In this document: one piece after another, positions 10,232-23,833 of the stretch
Layout of the letters: every line of letters begins with the position of its first letter
How positions within the stretch are numbered: the first letter of the stretch is position 1
Translations under genes and position numbers: made by a program
Assembly (NCBI GenBank): GCA_963851265.1
Contig: CAWKNZ010000002.1
Coordinates: 640,001 to 704,000 of the forward strand
Length of the DNA stretch: 64,000 nucleotides
Origin: an uncultured Gemmatimonadales bacterium
GTDB taxonomy: Bacteria > Gemmatimonadota > Gemmatimonadetes > Gemmatimonadales > Gemmatimonadaceae
Direction: 5' to 3'
The notes under the pieces: model-generated
The model's database searches: none
Seen by the model: only the letters and a program-made list of their open reading frames with translations
What the model was told of the DNA's origin: nothing

Positions 10232-10283
10232 CGAACGACGCGTGCCCCGCTGCGGACGTCCGCAGCGGGGCACGCGTCGTTCG
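10232..10283. repeat. 52-bp perfect palindrome (no loop)
   Basis: cgaacgacgcgtgccccgctgcggac|gtccgcagcggggcacgcgtcgttcg is its own reverse complement. Confidence 0.9.
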
Positions 10284-10436
10284 GATCCCCGCCGAGGGGC
10301 CGCTACGCGGCCCGCGGCTCGGCGACCGCCTCGAGCGCCGGCTCCGGCGGCGGCCCCCACACGTACGCGAGCAGGGGTCGCACGGCGGCTTCGGCGCGCG
10401 AGACCTCCGCCGCCCGCGGTCCGGCAATCACAATCC

Positions 10437-10568
10437 CGATCAGTTCGGGGGACTCAGTAAACGCAGTCGTCTGTCGCATCGAGAATCTCCGACGTTGGTC
10501 CGTGTGTCACGGTCTGGAGATTCCTGAAGCAGTCCCGGTGCCTCACCGGCAATCATCGTAACTGATTG
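10437..10568. ncRNA. Putative structured non-coding RNA of unknown family
   Basis: Nested complementary segments CGATCAGTT/AACTGATTG, GGGACT/AGTCCC and GAATCTCC/GGAGATTC, plus hairpins CCGTG-tgt-CACGG and CCGGTG-cct-CACCGG, in a lower-GC intergenic patch. Confidence 0.45.
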
Positions 10569-10757
10569 TCGAGACGACGCTTATGACGCCGACCCGCATC
10601 GCACACCACACCACCTGTCGCGAGATGACACACGCGGCGAGTGACACGCGTCGCGAACTGACACACGCGCGGCGCAATTCGGAAGAAGTTCCACACGCCG
10701 CGTCCGCCGCGTCGTGCAGCACGCGACGACCCGCGCCTTATCGCGCCTCCGCGCAGT

Positions 10758-11543
10758 CTACCGCGCGTGCTTCCTCGCGACGAACGTCGGTCGCTCGTCG
10801 CCGCAGTCTTCGACGGTGGTCGCCCAACCGGCGTACTGCGGTTCGAGTTCGCGCACCCAGGCTGGCTCCGCGCCGGACGCGGACCGGGTCAACCGCGGCG
10901 CGCGCACGAAATGCGTCCCGCCCGGCAACGTCGCACGCTGGAGTGCATCGATTACGTCGGCGCGCGCACCCGCCTCCACGCGCGCCAGCGCGCCCGTCGA
11001 GCAGAGCACGACGCGCAAGCCGGCATCGGGGATCCAGTCGTCCAGGCCGCCCACGCACGCGCGCACCCTCCGCCCAAGTCCGGACGCCTCGGCCGCCGCC
11101 AGCGTCCGCTCGACCACCTCTGGTTCGTGCCCGACGGTCGTCACCGCACAACCCAGCGCCGCAGAGAACATCACGGCGTCCTCGTCGTCGACGCCGGCCA
11201 CGAGTACGTGTTCACCGTCGCCCGCGTCGATCAGCTCGCGCACCAACGTGGCCTCCGGCGCGAATCCCCAGTAGGCCGGCCGCCGCAGCTCCGCGATGCG
11301 CTTCATGTAGCGGCGCCGCCACGTGCGGTAGCTCGGCAACTTGAGTTGACGCGCGATGATTCGGTCGACCTCGTCACACAACACGAGTTCGGTGAGCGCC
11401 GCCTGCGGAAGCGCGCGCAGCCCCGCCACGGCCTCGTCGCCGAGCGCGAGAAGCACCGCGCGCGGCACGGATTCCTTGTACGCCTCGAGTTCGTCCTCGA
11501 GATACTGCTCGTACTCGTGCTTGAGTGAACGCGGGGCCTGCAT
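10758..11543 (-). CDS. Hypothetical protein: helical N-terminal domain plus degenerate class I SAM-methyltransferase-like fold
   Basis: Protein-like composition from ATG 11543. The segment VLVAG...SAALGCAVTTV...VVERTLAAAEASGLGRRV resembles methyltransferase strands 1-3. Confidence 0.6.
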   Translation of the reverse strand: MQAPRSLKHEYEQYLEDELEAYKESVPRAVLLALGDEAVAGLRALPQAALTELVLCDEVDRIIARQLKLPSYRTWRRRYMKRIAELRRPAYWGFAPEATLVRELIDAGDGEHVLVAGVDDEDAVMFSAALGCAVTTVGHEPEVVERTLAAAEASGLGRRVRACVGGLDDWIPDAGLRVVLCSTGALARVEAGARADVIDALQRATLPGGTHFVRAPRLTRSASGAEPAWVRELEPQYAGWATTVEDCGDERPTFVARKHAR

Positions 11544-11707
11544 CGCCGGAACGTCGGAAAGAGGAGGCGGTAACCTACCATCCGTCCGACGCGGCGCAAC
11601 GCAGCGTTCGGCGCCGCGCACCCCCGCTGCGTACTACGCAGCACGCAGCGTCGGCGCGTCCCAACGGTGCGTCAGCCCGCGGCCACTCTCCATCTGATCG
11701 ACTACAT

Positions 11708-12493
11708 ATGCCGGAGCTCCCCGAGGTAGAAACCGCGGTCCGGCGCCTCCGGCCTGCGGTGATCGGACGCACCATCGTGCGCGTGCGCACGCTTCACTCG
11801 ATGACTCGGCGCACGCTCCCGCCGGATCCCGCCGCCGCGCTCGCAGGACGCCAGATCGTCCACGTCGACCGGTGGGCCAAGTACCAGACCATTTGGCTCG
11901 ACGACGGCAGCGCGATCGAAGTCCATTTTCGCATGGCCGGCGATTGGGCATTCGGGCCGACGTCGACCTCGGACGCGATCCGCTTCGCGCGCGCCGCGAT
12001 CGATCTCGACGACGGGTCCACGGTCACGCTCGTCGACAGCCGCGGCTTCGGCACGCTCCGGCGCATCGCGCCGGGTACACCGCCCGCGGTGCGCGCCCCC
12101 GATGCCCTCGACGCAGCGTTCGACGCGCCCTACCTCGCGCGCGTGCTCACCGGCCGCCGTCAGGCGATCAAACCGACGCTGCTCGATCAGGCCGTCGTCG
12201 GTGGTATCGGAAACATCTACGCGTCCGAAGCGCTCTGGCGCGCCCGCATCGATCCTCGCACGCCCCCCGCTCGAGTCGGACCGCGTCGCGTTGCACGCCT
12301 GGCGCTCGCCATCCGCGAGACGCTGCGCGACGCCATCGCGGACCCCGGGCGCTACGCCAACGACGACGCACTCGATCGCCTCGCCGTCTACGACCGCGCC
12401 GGCGCTCCGTGCGCGCGCTGCCGGCGCGCGATCGTGCGGATCGTGCAGGGCGGCCGTTCCACGTACTACTGCCCGGGCTGTCAACGGCGGTGA
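11708..12493 (+). CDS. mutM: Formamidopyrimidine-DNA glycosylase / AP lyase
   Basis: N-terminal MPELPEVE, then HFRMAG, LLDQ..VGGIGNIYASE and a C-terminal zinc finger CARC...CPGCQ. Confidence 0.95.
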   Translation: MPELPEVETAVRRLRPAVIGRTIVRVRTLHSMTRRTLPPDPAAALAGRQIVHVDRWAKYQTIWLDDGSAIEVHFRMAGDWAFGPTSTSDAIRFARAAIDLDDGSTVTLVDSRGFGTLRRIAPGTPPAVRAPDALDAAFDAPYLARVLTGRRQAIKPTLLDQAVVGGIGNIYASEALWRARIDPRTPPARVGPRRVARLALAIRETLRDAIADPGRYANDDALDRLAVYDRAGAPCARCRRAIVRIVQGGRSTYYCPGCQRR

Positions 12494-12518
12494 CGTCCCG
12501 CCGATCCGGCGCGACCGC

Positions 12519-13742
12519 TCAGTCGAGCGCTTCGAGCAGCGCGCCCTTGATGTAGCCCGTCTCCGGGATCGTCAGCACCTCGGGATGATCGAGCGGCTGG
12601 CCGCGCACCTCGCGGAGCACGATTCGGCGCCCGCTGTCCGCGGCGGCCGCGGTCAGGACCTCCAGAAAGTCGGCGCGGCTGAGGTGAAAGCTGCAACTCG
12701 CCGTGTACAGCAACCCGCCAGGCGCGAGTAGCCGCATGGCGCGAAGGTTCACCTCCTTGTAGCCGCGGACCGCCGCGTCCACGGCGCTCCGCGTCTTGGC
12801 GAACGCCGGGGGATCGAGGACGATCGTCTCGAACCGTTCGCCAGCACGGTCGGCGTCGCGCAGATAGTCGAAGGCGTTCGCCTCGCGCGTTTCGACGTTC
12901 GTGAAGCCGTTGAGCGCGAAGTTCTCCCGCGCGCGCTCGAGCGCCGCCGCCGAAATGTCGAGGGCGAGCACCGAGTCGGCACGCCGCGCGAGGTGGAGCG
13001 CGAAGGAGCCGTGATAGCTGAAGCAGTCGAGTGCCCGCCCGCGCGCGATGCGTCCGACGAGTGTGCGATTGTCGCGCTGGTCGAGAAAGGCGCCGGTCTT
13101 CTGGCCTGTCCACGGTGCCGCGAGGTACCGCACGCCCGACTCCTCGACGGTGACCGTGTTCGGGACCGTTCCGTGGAGCAGCACCGTCTCGCGCGGGAGC
13201 GCTTCGCGTGCGCGCAACGCCGCGTCGTTCCGTGCCAGCACGCCCTCGGCCCCGGTGAGGGCGACGAGTGCCGAGACGATCTCCGTGCGGGCCGACTCGA
13301 GTCCCGCACTCATGAGCTGGACGACGAGCCACCGATCGTACCGGTCCACCACGAGCGACGGCAGGCCGTCGCCTTCGCCGTGCACCAACCGGTACGCCGT
13401 GTCGCCGCGAGGGAGTGACGCGCGACGGTTGATTGCGCCGCCGATCGCACTGCGCCACCACGCGGCATCGACCGCCGTATCCGCGGCGCGGCTGAGCAGA
13501 CGGAGCGAGATCTCGGACGCCGGACTCCACAGCGCGACGCCGATGGCCCGACCGCGCGCGTCGTGAACGCGCACCACGCCTGCGGGTCCGTCCGGGCGCG
13601 TGATGACGTCGCTGCGATAGATCCACGGGTGCCCCCGTGCCCATCGTTCGGCTCCTCGGGCCGAGACCGTCGCGCCGGCCGCGCCGGGCACGTTGTTCGG
13701 TCCGTGACTCGTTCGGCTCAGCGAAGCGCGAGTGGGCGTCAC
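12519..13742 (-). CDS. rlmI: RlmI/RlmK-family SAM-dependent rRNA methyltransferase (PUA + MTase)
   Basis: Motifs GHPWIY, RLVHGEGDGLP, GQKTGAFLDQRDNR, LDPPAF and TASCS. Exact start uncertain. Confidence 0.8.
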   Translation of the reverse strand: MTPTRASLSRTSHGPNNVPGAAGATVSARGAERWARGHPWIYRSDVITRPDGPAGVVRVHDARGRAIGVALWSPASEISLRLLSRAADTAVDAAWWRSAIGGAINRRASLPRGDTAYRLVHGEGDGLPSLVVDRYDRWLVVQLMSAGLESARTEIVSALVALTGAEGVLARNDAALRAREALPRETVLLHGTVPNTVTVEESGVRYLAAPWTGQKTGAFLDQRDNRTLVGRIARGRALDCFSYHGSFALHLARRADSVLALDISAAALERARENFALNGFTNVETREANAFDYLRDADRAGERFETIVLDPPAFAKTRSAVDAAVRGYKEVNLRAMRLLAPGGLLYTASCSFHLSRADFLEVLTAAAADSGRRIVLREVRGQPLDHPEVLTIPETGYIKGALLEALD

Positions 13743-13829
13743 GCGGTCGGTTGGGTGCGGGCGAACATGTGGCGGATGCTAGGTCCGGTGGTGCCCCACG
13801 GGAACCGCAACGCGCGCGCTGCGCACCCC

Positions 13830-13858
13830 TTGACGGGACTCGATGCTGTTCGTAAGTT
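13830..13858 (+). promoter_or_regulatory. sigma-70 promoter P1 of the 23S-5S operon
   Basis: TTGACG-N17-TAAGTT. Confidence 0.65.
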
Positions 13859-13933
13859 GACCATCCCGCCGCGATCAGGTCGCGCGGCGGAATGCAGCGG
13901 CGCTCGATGGGTAACTACAATCAGCGCTGGCAG

Positions 13934-13962
13934 TTGCGGATCGACGCGAGCCGGTTTATGAT
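13934..13962 (+). promoter_or_regulatory. sigma-70 promoter P2 of the 23S-5S operon
   Basis: TTGCGG-N17-TATGAT, followed by a boxA-like element ACTGTTTGACAAAT near 13991-14004. Confidence 0.65.
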
Positions 13963-14191
13963 AACCGTCCGCCCGCGGCCAAGGCCGCGGACTGTTTGAC
14001 AAATGAAGGACGAGGGTGATCGCGGCACGCGCGTGGTAACACCCGTGTGTTGTGATCGAGTGGGAAGTGATCTTCGTCGATCTTCGACGTCGCGCAAGCG
14101 ATGTCTGGTGATCGACGCGAGACTGCGAAGTGTGATGTAGTACGCCTGACGGCGACTACTGTGCAGATGCTTGCCTCCACATTGCGGTGGT

Positions 14192-17140
<2,949 letters not shown>

Positions 17141-17337
17141 CCCCTCTCCGCTCCTGCGGGACGTGAGAGGATCCATTTGAAATACGACGCAAGCGTCTGC
17201 ACGCACACGTCCCACACCCTCGTCCGTCATTGGCCCGCGGCGCTAGCCGCTGCGGGTTAAGACATTCCCGCCTGATGCGAACACACGTTCGCATCGTGCG
17301 GAGACGCGCATGGTCTGCGTGGACAAAAATTGAGATC

Positions 17338-17453
17338 GCTGGCGACTAGAGCGTCGGGGCCACACCCGTTCCCATCCCGAACACGGTCGTTAAGCCCGAC
17401 AGCGCCGATGGTACTCCGCCCGAGAGGGCGCGGGAGAGTAGGCCGTCGCCGGC
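17338..17453 (+). rRNA. rrf: 5S ribosomal RNA
   Basis: Segments CACACCCGTTCCCATCCCGAACACGG, GCCGATGGTACT and GGGAGAGTAGG. Terminal helix GCTGGCGAC/GTCGCCGGC. Confidence 0.97.
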
Positions 17454-17460
17454 ACCCTTG

Positions 17461-17502
17461 CACCCAGGGCAGTACCTAACCGGTACTGCCCTGGGTGTTT
17501 TT
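17461..17502 (+). terminator. Intrinsic terminator of the rRNA operon
   Basis: 16-bp stem cacccagggcagtacc/ggtactgccctgggtg, 5-nt loop, then TTTTT. Confidence 0.85.
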
Positions 17503-17583
17503 GTTCGTGCCATAGACGCGGCCACGTCCCCTGCGCGGCGTCGTATGCTCGAGCCGTGTACGCGTCTTGCCGAGTGTGACGGC

Positions 17584-18378
17584 ATGAAACGGTTCTCGAC
17601 GCAATTAGTGACTTTTGCGGCTGGTGCAGCGGCCGTGGCACTCTGGCAACGCGCGCGGTCGGGTCAGCAGACCGCCGAGCGGCTTGCGGCGGCAACGCTC
17701 GAAGTGCTTCTCAACGCGATCGACGCGAACGACGCGATGACCGGCGCGCACGTGCGCCGCACAGCCGGGTACGCCCTCATCCTCGCGCGCGCCGCAGCCC
17801 TGGACGAAGTGTCGCGCCGGCGGGTCGAGCGCGTCGCGCTCTTCCACGATATCGGCAAATTGCACGAGGCGCTCTTCGACATCGTGCACGACGATTCGAA
17901 GCTCACGGAGGAGGAGCGCGATGCTGTCGCGACGCATCCGCAACGTGGGGCCGACGTGCTGGAGCCGCTGAGCGGGTTCTACCCGGAACTTGCCGAGGGC
18001 GTCCTGTCGCACCACGAGCGTTGGGACGGCGACGGGTATCCGCGCAAGTTGCGCGGAGAGCAGATCCCGATCGAAGCGCGCGTGGTGGCGATCGCCGACA
18101 CGTTCGACGCGCTCACCCACACTCGGCGATACCACGATGGGGAGAGCGTGACGCGCGGCGTCGACGTCATCACCGAGGGGAGGGGGACGCAGTTCGACCC
18201 CGCGTTGGTCGACCTATTCCTCTCGCGCGACGTCATGCACTGTGTCGAGGAGCAGCTTCGGTCAGACGTCCCGGTCGGCTTGCGTCGGACGCGCGCCGAG
18301 CGGCGCACCCGTGAGCAGGAAGCAGACGTGCCCGACGTCCGCTTCCGCTGGCGAGCGTCGGCGAACGCGTCGGAATGA
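17584..18378 (+). CDS. HD-GYP domain phosphodiesterase
   Basis: Motifs FHDIGK, HHERWDGDGYP, IADTFDALT and GTQFDP. Short hydrophobic N-terminus from ATG 17584. Confidence 0.88.
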   Translation: MKRFSTQLVTFAAGAAAVALWQRARSGQQTAERLAAATLEVLLNAIDANDAMTGAHVRRTAGYALILARAAALDEVSRRRVERVALFHDIGKLHEALFDIVHDDSKLTEEERDAVATHPQRGADVLEPLSGFYPELAEGVLSHHERWDGDGYPRKLRGEQIPIEARVVAIADTFDALTHTRRYHDGESVTRGVDVITEGRGTQFDPALVDLFLSRDVMHCVEEQLRSDVPVGLRRTRAERRTREQEADVPDVRFRWRASANASE

Positions 18379-18469
18379 CTCGCCGCCGAGGTTGATGCCG
18401 GCGCCGTCCGATGTCGGCACTCGGATGCGCCGAGACGAGCACGCTCGACCTCGTCGCGAGATGTCGATC

Positions 18470-19525
18470 TCAGCGTCCGGCGGCTCGGGCCGCCGCGGTG
18501 CTCTCCGCCGCTGAACGGGCGAGCGCCCGCGATTCGCGGACCGCCTGGAGGTGTTGAGCGAACGAGGTGCGAAACTCGTGGTGGCCGTCGGGTTGCGCGA
18601 CGAAGAACAGGTACGGGACGTGGGCAGGATTCACGGCCGCGGCCAGGCTCGGCGCGCCCGGCGAGCCGATTGGTCCCGGAGGAAGTCCCGTGTGGCGGTA
18701 CGTGTTGTACGGCGAGTCGACGTCCAGATCGCGGTAGAGGACACGCGAAGTGTGGTGCCCGAGCGCGTACTGCACCGTGGGATCTGATTCGAGCCGCATC
18801 CCCTTCCGAAGGCGGTTGTAGTAGACCGCTGCGATTGCGGGTCGCTCTTCGGCGCGGACGGCCTCACGCTCCACGATCGAGGCGAGTGTGACGGCATCAT
18901 GGCGCTTCAGAGCGAGCGCCTGCAGCCGGTCGTTCCACTCCGGACGCCAGGCCTGTTCGAAGCGGGCGACCATCTGTGCGACCGCCGCGCGAGCCGAGGT
19001 GCCATCGGGAAAGGTGTACGTCGCCGGGAAGAGATATCCCTCGAGCGTCGGCGTCGGATCATCGAGTCGATGCAGAAGCGACGTGTCCCGCACGGCGGCT
19101 GCGACCGAGTCGACGGGGGTGCCGAGTGCGCGCGCGAGCTGCGGAACGATCTGCCGAAGCTCCCATCCTTCGACGATCGTGACGACGTGCACGATCCCCT
19201 TCCCACTCACGAGGGCGTCGGCGAGCGATGCGTAGGAGGCGCCCGGCCGAAGCACGTACGTACCGGGTTTGATGCGTCGATCGTGCCGCGACCAGGTCGC
19301 ATAGAGCCGGAACAGGAGCGACGATCGGATCACGCCGCGGCTCACGAGCGAGTCGGATGCGGCGCGGAACGACGCTCCGCGTGGAATCACGACGCGCACT
19401 CTCCCGTCGGTCGCGCCCGGTCCGCTGCAGGCCACCGCGGCAGCGAGCGAAGCGGCGAGCGCCGCTGTCATCCGCCGTCGGCGCGTGTGCCGCGGCGTGC
19501 CGAACGAACCGCTAGGCACTCGCAT
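18470..19525 (-). CDS. mltG: Endolytic transglycosylase MltG
   Basis: Motifs LEGYLFPATY, LASIVERE, YYNRL..GMRLESDPTVQY and SPYNTYRHTGLPPGPI. Confidence 0.93.
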   Translation of the reverse strand: MRVPSGSFGTPRHTRRRRMTAALAASLAAAVACSGPGATDGRVRVVIPRGASFRAASDSLVSRGVIRSSLLFRLYATWSRHDRRIKPGTYVLRPGASYASLADALVSGKGIVHVVTIVEGWELRQIVPQLARALGTPVDSVAAAVRDTSLLHRLDDPTPTLEGYLFPATYTFPDGTSARAAVAQMVARFEQAWRPEWNDRLQALALKRHDAVTLASIVEREAVRAEERPAIAAVYYNRLRKGMRLESDPTVQYALGHHTSRVLYRDLDVDSPYNTYRHTGLPPGPIGSPGAPSLAAAVNPAHVPYLFFVAQPDGHHEFRTSFAQHLQAVRESRALARSAAESTAAARAAGR

Positions 19526-20095
19526 CGCGAGGTCCGGCCGCGTCGGTCTCCACGTCGGGCGACGTGCGCCGAAAGTCGCCGTCGGCGCTCACGCCGCGCG
19601 CGTCCTCGTTCGCGAGCACCGCGAGCGCGTGTCGCAGGAGCACCGTCGCCGCGAGCGCGTCGACGTCTTCCTTGCGGCCGCGCACCGAGCCGCCCATGTC
19701 GCGCACCGCACGGAGCGCGGCCGCGGTCGTATAGCGCTCGTCCACCAAGCGCACCGGCAGTCCCGTTCGGCGTTCAAGTTCGGTGGCGATCCGACGGACT
19801 TCGAGGGCCCGCGGCGTGTCGTCGCCGGCGCCGTCGAGCGGGAGGCCGAGCACGAACGCCACTGCCTCGAGCGCTTCGGCACGCCGAACCATCTCGGCGA
19901 TCGGCGGTCGCTTGCCCGGACGGCGGACGATAGCGCCCGCTGGCGTCGCGATGATTCCGAGCGGATCGCTGATTGCGAGCCCGACACGCCGCTCGCCGTA
20001 GTCGACGGCGAGCACGCGACCGCGCGGGAACGCCGCCGGGGCCGGTGGAACGACCGGGCCCGGCTCGGGCGAGTGATCGACGGGCCGGAGTTCGA

Positions 20096-20099
<4 letters not shown>
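19512..20099 (-). CDS. ruvX: Holliday junction resolvase-like RuvX/YqgF
   Basis: Motifs [28 protein letters not shown] and DALAA. Confidence 0.92.
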
Positions 20100-21373
<1,274 letters not shown>

Positions 21374-21728
21374 CAGTTCACCGGGCACGGCAGGGCGGGC
21401 GGTGGGGGAGGGGGACGGCGGGGCTGGCGGCAAACCGGTACGCCGGAAGGAGCCCCCACACTTCGCAGAAGCGGTGCCGAGGCGACCGAGGGCGAGCGGA
21501 TGGAGGCCGGGACGGGCGCGCAACGCTGCGGGAGACATGCGCCCGCGGAGCGCAGCTCCTCGTGCAGCACTGCACCGCCGCGGGTCCGTCCGCGTGTTAG
21601 GCGCGTCTCGCCCGCGTCAACGCGGGTACATCCCGTGTATCGAAGGGTCGGGGCAAGAAACGCCGGACGGCCACAGGCGTCAACCGAGGCCTGAACCGAG
21701 CGACCGAAGGGCTGCCCGGCGTCTATGC

Positions 21729-22682
21729 TCAGAACGCGATGTACCGGAGCGGGTTTCGGCGCGTATCGGCCAGGAGCGCCTCGAGTTCGATGCGGGCGCT
21801 CGCCATTTCGCGTTGGAGTTGCGCGTCCCTGCGTAGTCGACCGGCAGTCCCGTCGGGCGAGTCGAGGAGGCGCTGAACGACGCCGAGTTCGGTGCGGAGC
21901 GAGTCGACGCTCCGCCAGAGCGTGGAATCCGTGCGAAAGCGGTAGGCCGACGTGCCCGGGCGCTCGAGCCGTGCTCGAACGACATCGACGCGTTCGAGGA
22001 TCACGCGCGCGCGGTCGGCGAGTGCCGCGGCGCGACCCGTCGACAGCCCGTTGGCAGTTTGGATCCGGTCGACGATGCGCCCGAGGACCTGCGAGGTGGA
22101 GGCCAGGCGATCCGGACCCGTGACTCCGAGTGCACCGAGGGTGCCCTGCGCCGTCCGAAGCTGAACGGCGAGCACGCGGAGGTTGCCGATGATGACCGGA
22201 AGTTCGGTGCCCGCGGTGGTCGTGACGCGCGTGCGAAGCGTTTCGAACTGGTCGTTCGGGTTGGCGAACAGGGTGTCGCCCTCGCGTACGGCGGGCGCGG
22301 TCGCGCTGCGGCGCGTCGCGATCGAGATGACGGGGGCGCCGATGAGGCTCGTGCCGGGTCGAACGGCGACCCGGGCTCCGCGCGCGATCTGCGCCTCGTA
22401 CGTCTTCAGAACGTCGAAGGTGACCAGAACCCGGAGTGCCGAATCGGCGCTCGGCGTTCGAAATCCGACCGCGGTCACGAGGCCGACACGTTGGCCGGCG
22501 AGCCAAACGTCGCTCCCAGGAAGGACACCCGTGGCGTCGGCGACCGCGGCATGCAGGCGGATTGTGCGGCCGTGGAGGGCACCGACCCGGGCGAAGACGA
22601 GGACGACCAGGGCCGCGCCGATCACGGCAGCGAGGGCGAGGATCCCGCCCTTAACATCTCGCCAGTTGTGGGCCCGGGTCAT
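21729..22682 (-). CDS. MlaD/MCE family protein
   Basis: N-terminal TM helix, MCE motif ATGVLPGSDVWLAGQRVG.V and a helical C-terminus ending NPLRYIAF. Confidence 0.85.
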   Translation of the reverse strand: MTRAHNWRDVKGGILALAAVIGAALVVLVFARVGALHGRTIRLHAAVADATGVLPGSDVWLAGQRVGLVTAVGFRTPSADSALRVLVTFDVLKTYEAQIARGARVAVRPGTSLIGAPVISIATRRSATAPAVREGDTLFANPNDQFETLRTRVTTTAGTELPVIIGNLRVLAVQLRTAQGTLGALGVTGPDRLASTSQVLGRIVDRIQTANGLSTGRAAALADRARVILERVDVVRARLERPGTSAYRFRTDSTLWRSVDSLRTELGVVQRLLDSPDGTAGRLRRDAQLQREMASARIELEALLADTRRNPLRYIAF

Positions 22683-22910
22683 GCGGCGGGTCGGGGCAAG
22701 GGGTGGACCACGCACGCCGCGCATCCGACGCGCGGGTCTGCGCTCGCCCTCGCGCCGCGTGCACGCGCGCGTGGTGGCGCGTGATGGCGCCTGGTGGCGG
22801 TGCGTCGATCCTCGACGTGCGAACGCCCCCGGACCGTCGGGCGGCCGGGGGCGATGCGGAAGTGAGCGTGATACCGAATACCGACCCGGAGGCCGAGTCG
22901 ACGTGCGAGG

Positions 22911-22984
22911 CGCGCGTGACAGGATTCGAACCTGTGACCTTCGGCTCCGGAGGCCGACGCTCTATCCAACTGAGCTACACGCGC
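22911..22984 (-). tRNA. tRNA-Arg (CCG)
   Basis: Cloverleaf GCGCGTGTAGCTCAG...ctCCGga...GGTTCGAATCC...CACGCGC. CCA not encoded. Confidence 0.95.
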
Positions 22985-23106
22985 AGTGCGGTGCCGACGG
23001 GTGGTACGTCCGCCGTGAGCGCTCGCTTGTGGCGAGGCGCGGAGGCGAGGCGCGTCGGATCACGGAGCGCGAGCGGGCCCGCGTACGCCCGTCGCGTGAG
23101 TGGTAG

Positions 23107-23180
23107 TCGGGGCGACTGGATTCGAACCAGCGACCTCCTGCTCCCGAAGCAGGCGCTCTACCGGGCTAAGCTACGCCCCG
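23107..23180 (-). tRNA. tRNA-Pro (CGG)
   Basis: CGGGGCGTAGC...ttCGGga...GGTTCGAATCC...CGCCCCGA. Confidence 0.95.
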
Positions 23181-23256
23181 TTCGTACGGAGACCGTACGA
23201 TTACTGCAGAAACAACTTTAGATGTAACGACGGGTCCGGTGGGACCGGACCCGCAA

Positions 23257-23330
23257 CGCGCCCGAGAGGACTCGAACCTCTAACCTTCTGATCCGTAGTC
23301 AGATGCTCTATCCAATTGAGCTACGGGCGC
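23257..23330 (-). tRNA. tRNA-Arg (ACG)
   Basis: GCGCCCGTAGCTCAATTGGATAGAGC...ctACGga...GGTTCGAGTCC. Confidence 0.95.
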
Positions 23331-23343
23331 AAAGCGAATCGCG

Positions 23344-23373
23344 AAGCTAGCCGAGCCCGGGGAGGCCCGTCAA
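23344..23373 (-). promoter_or_regulatory. Possible internal promoter for tRNA-Arg/Pro/Arg
   Basis: Minus-strand TTGACG-N18-TAGCTT just upstream of tRNA-Arg(ACG). Confidence 0.45.
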
Positions 23374-23411
23374 GCGGGCCGAGCGGGTCGATTGCGACGG
23401 GATGCCGCGGA

Positions 23412-23485
23412 TGGGCGGTACAAGACTCGAACTTGTGACCTCCACGATGTCAACGTGGCGCTCTAACCAACTGAGCTAACCGCCC
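23412..23485 (-). tRNA. tRNA-Val (GAC)
   Basis: GGGCGGTTAGCTCAG...ttGACat...AGTTCGAGTC. Confidence 0.95.
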
Positions 23486-23533
23486 GGGTCGATCGATTGT
23501 CAACGGACGAAAGCTCGCGCCGTCGTCACTGTA

Positions 23534-23606
23534 AGCGGGAAACGGGACTCGAACCCGCGACCCCAACCTTGGCAAGGTTGTGCTCTACCAACTGAGCTAT
23601 TCCCGC
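23534..23606 (-). tRNA. tRNA-Gly (GCC)
   Basis: GCGGGAATAGCTCAG...ttGCCaa...GGTTCGAGTCCC. Confidence 0.96.
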
Positions 23607-23666
23607 GCGGTCGCTCGTACTGCGCCGATCAGACGTTCGGGGTCACCCCGGCGCGGTGGCCGGGGA

Positions 23667-23739
<73 letters not shown>

Positions 23740-23804
23740 GGGCGCCCCGACGACTGACGTGGACGCGCGTCGACTGCCGCGCCCATCGGCATCAGGAACG
23801 AAAG

Positions 23805-23833
23805 ATCATAGCCGTGGGTATGTCGAGTGTCAA
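23805..23833 (-). promoter_or_regulatory. sigma-70 promoter of the tRNA cluster
   Basis: Minus-strand TTGACA-N17-TATGAT, near consensus. Confidence 0.8.

Noticed and set aside
10580..10740. Replication origin or CRISPR array at the TGACACACG repeats
   Set aside because: There are no good TTATCCACA boxes, no AT-rich unwinding element and no dnaA. The repeats are too few and short, lack unique spacers, and have no cas genes nearby.
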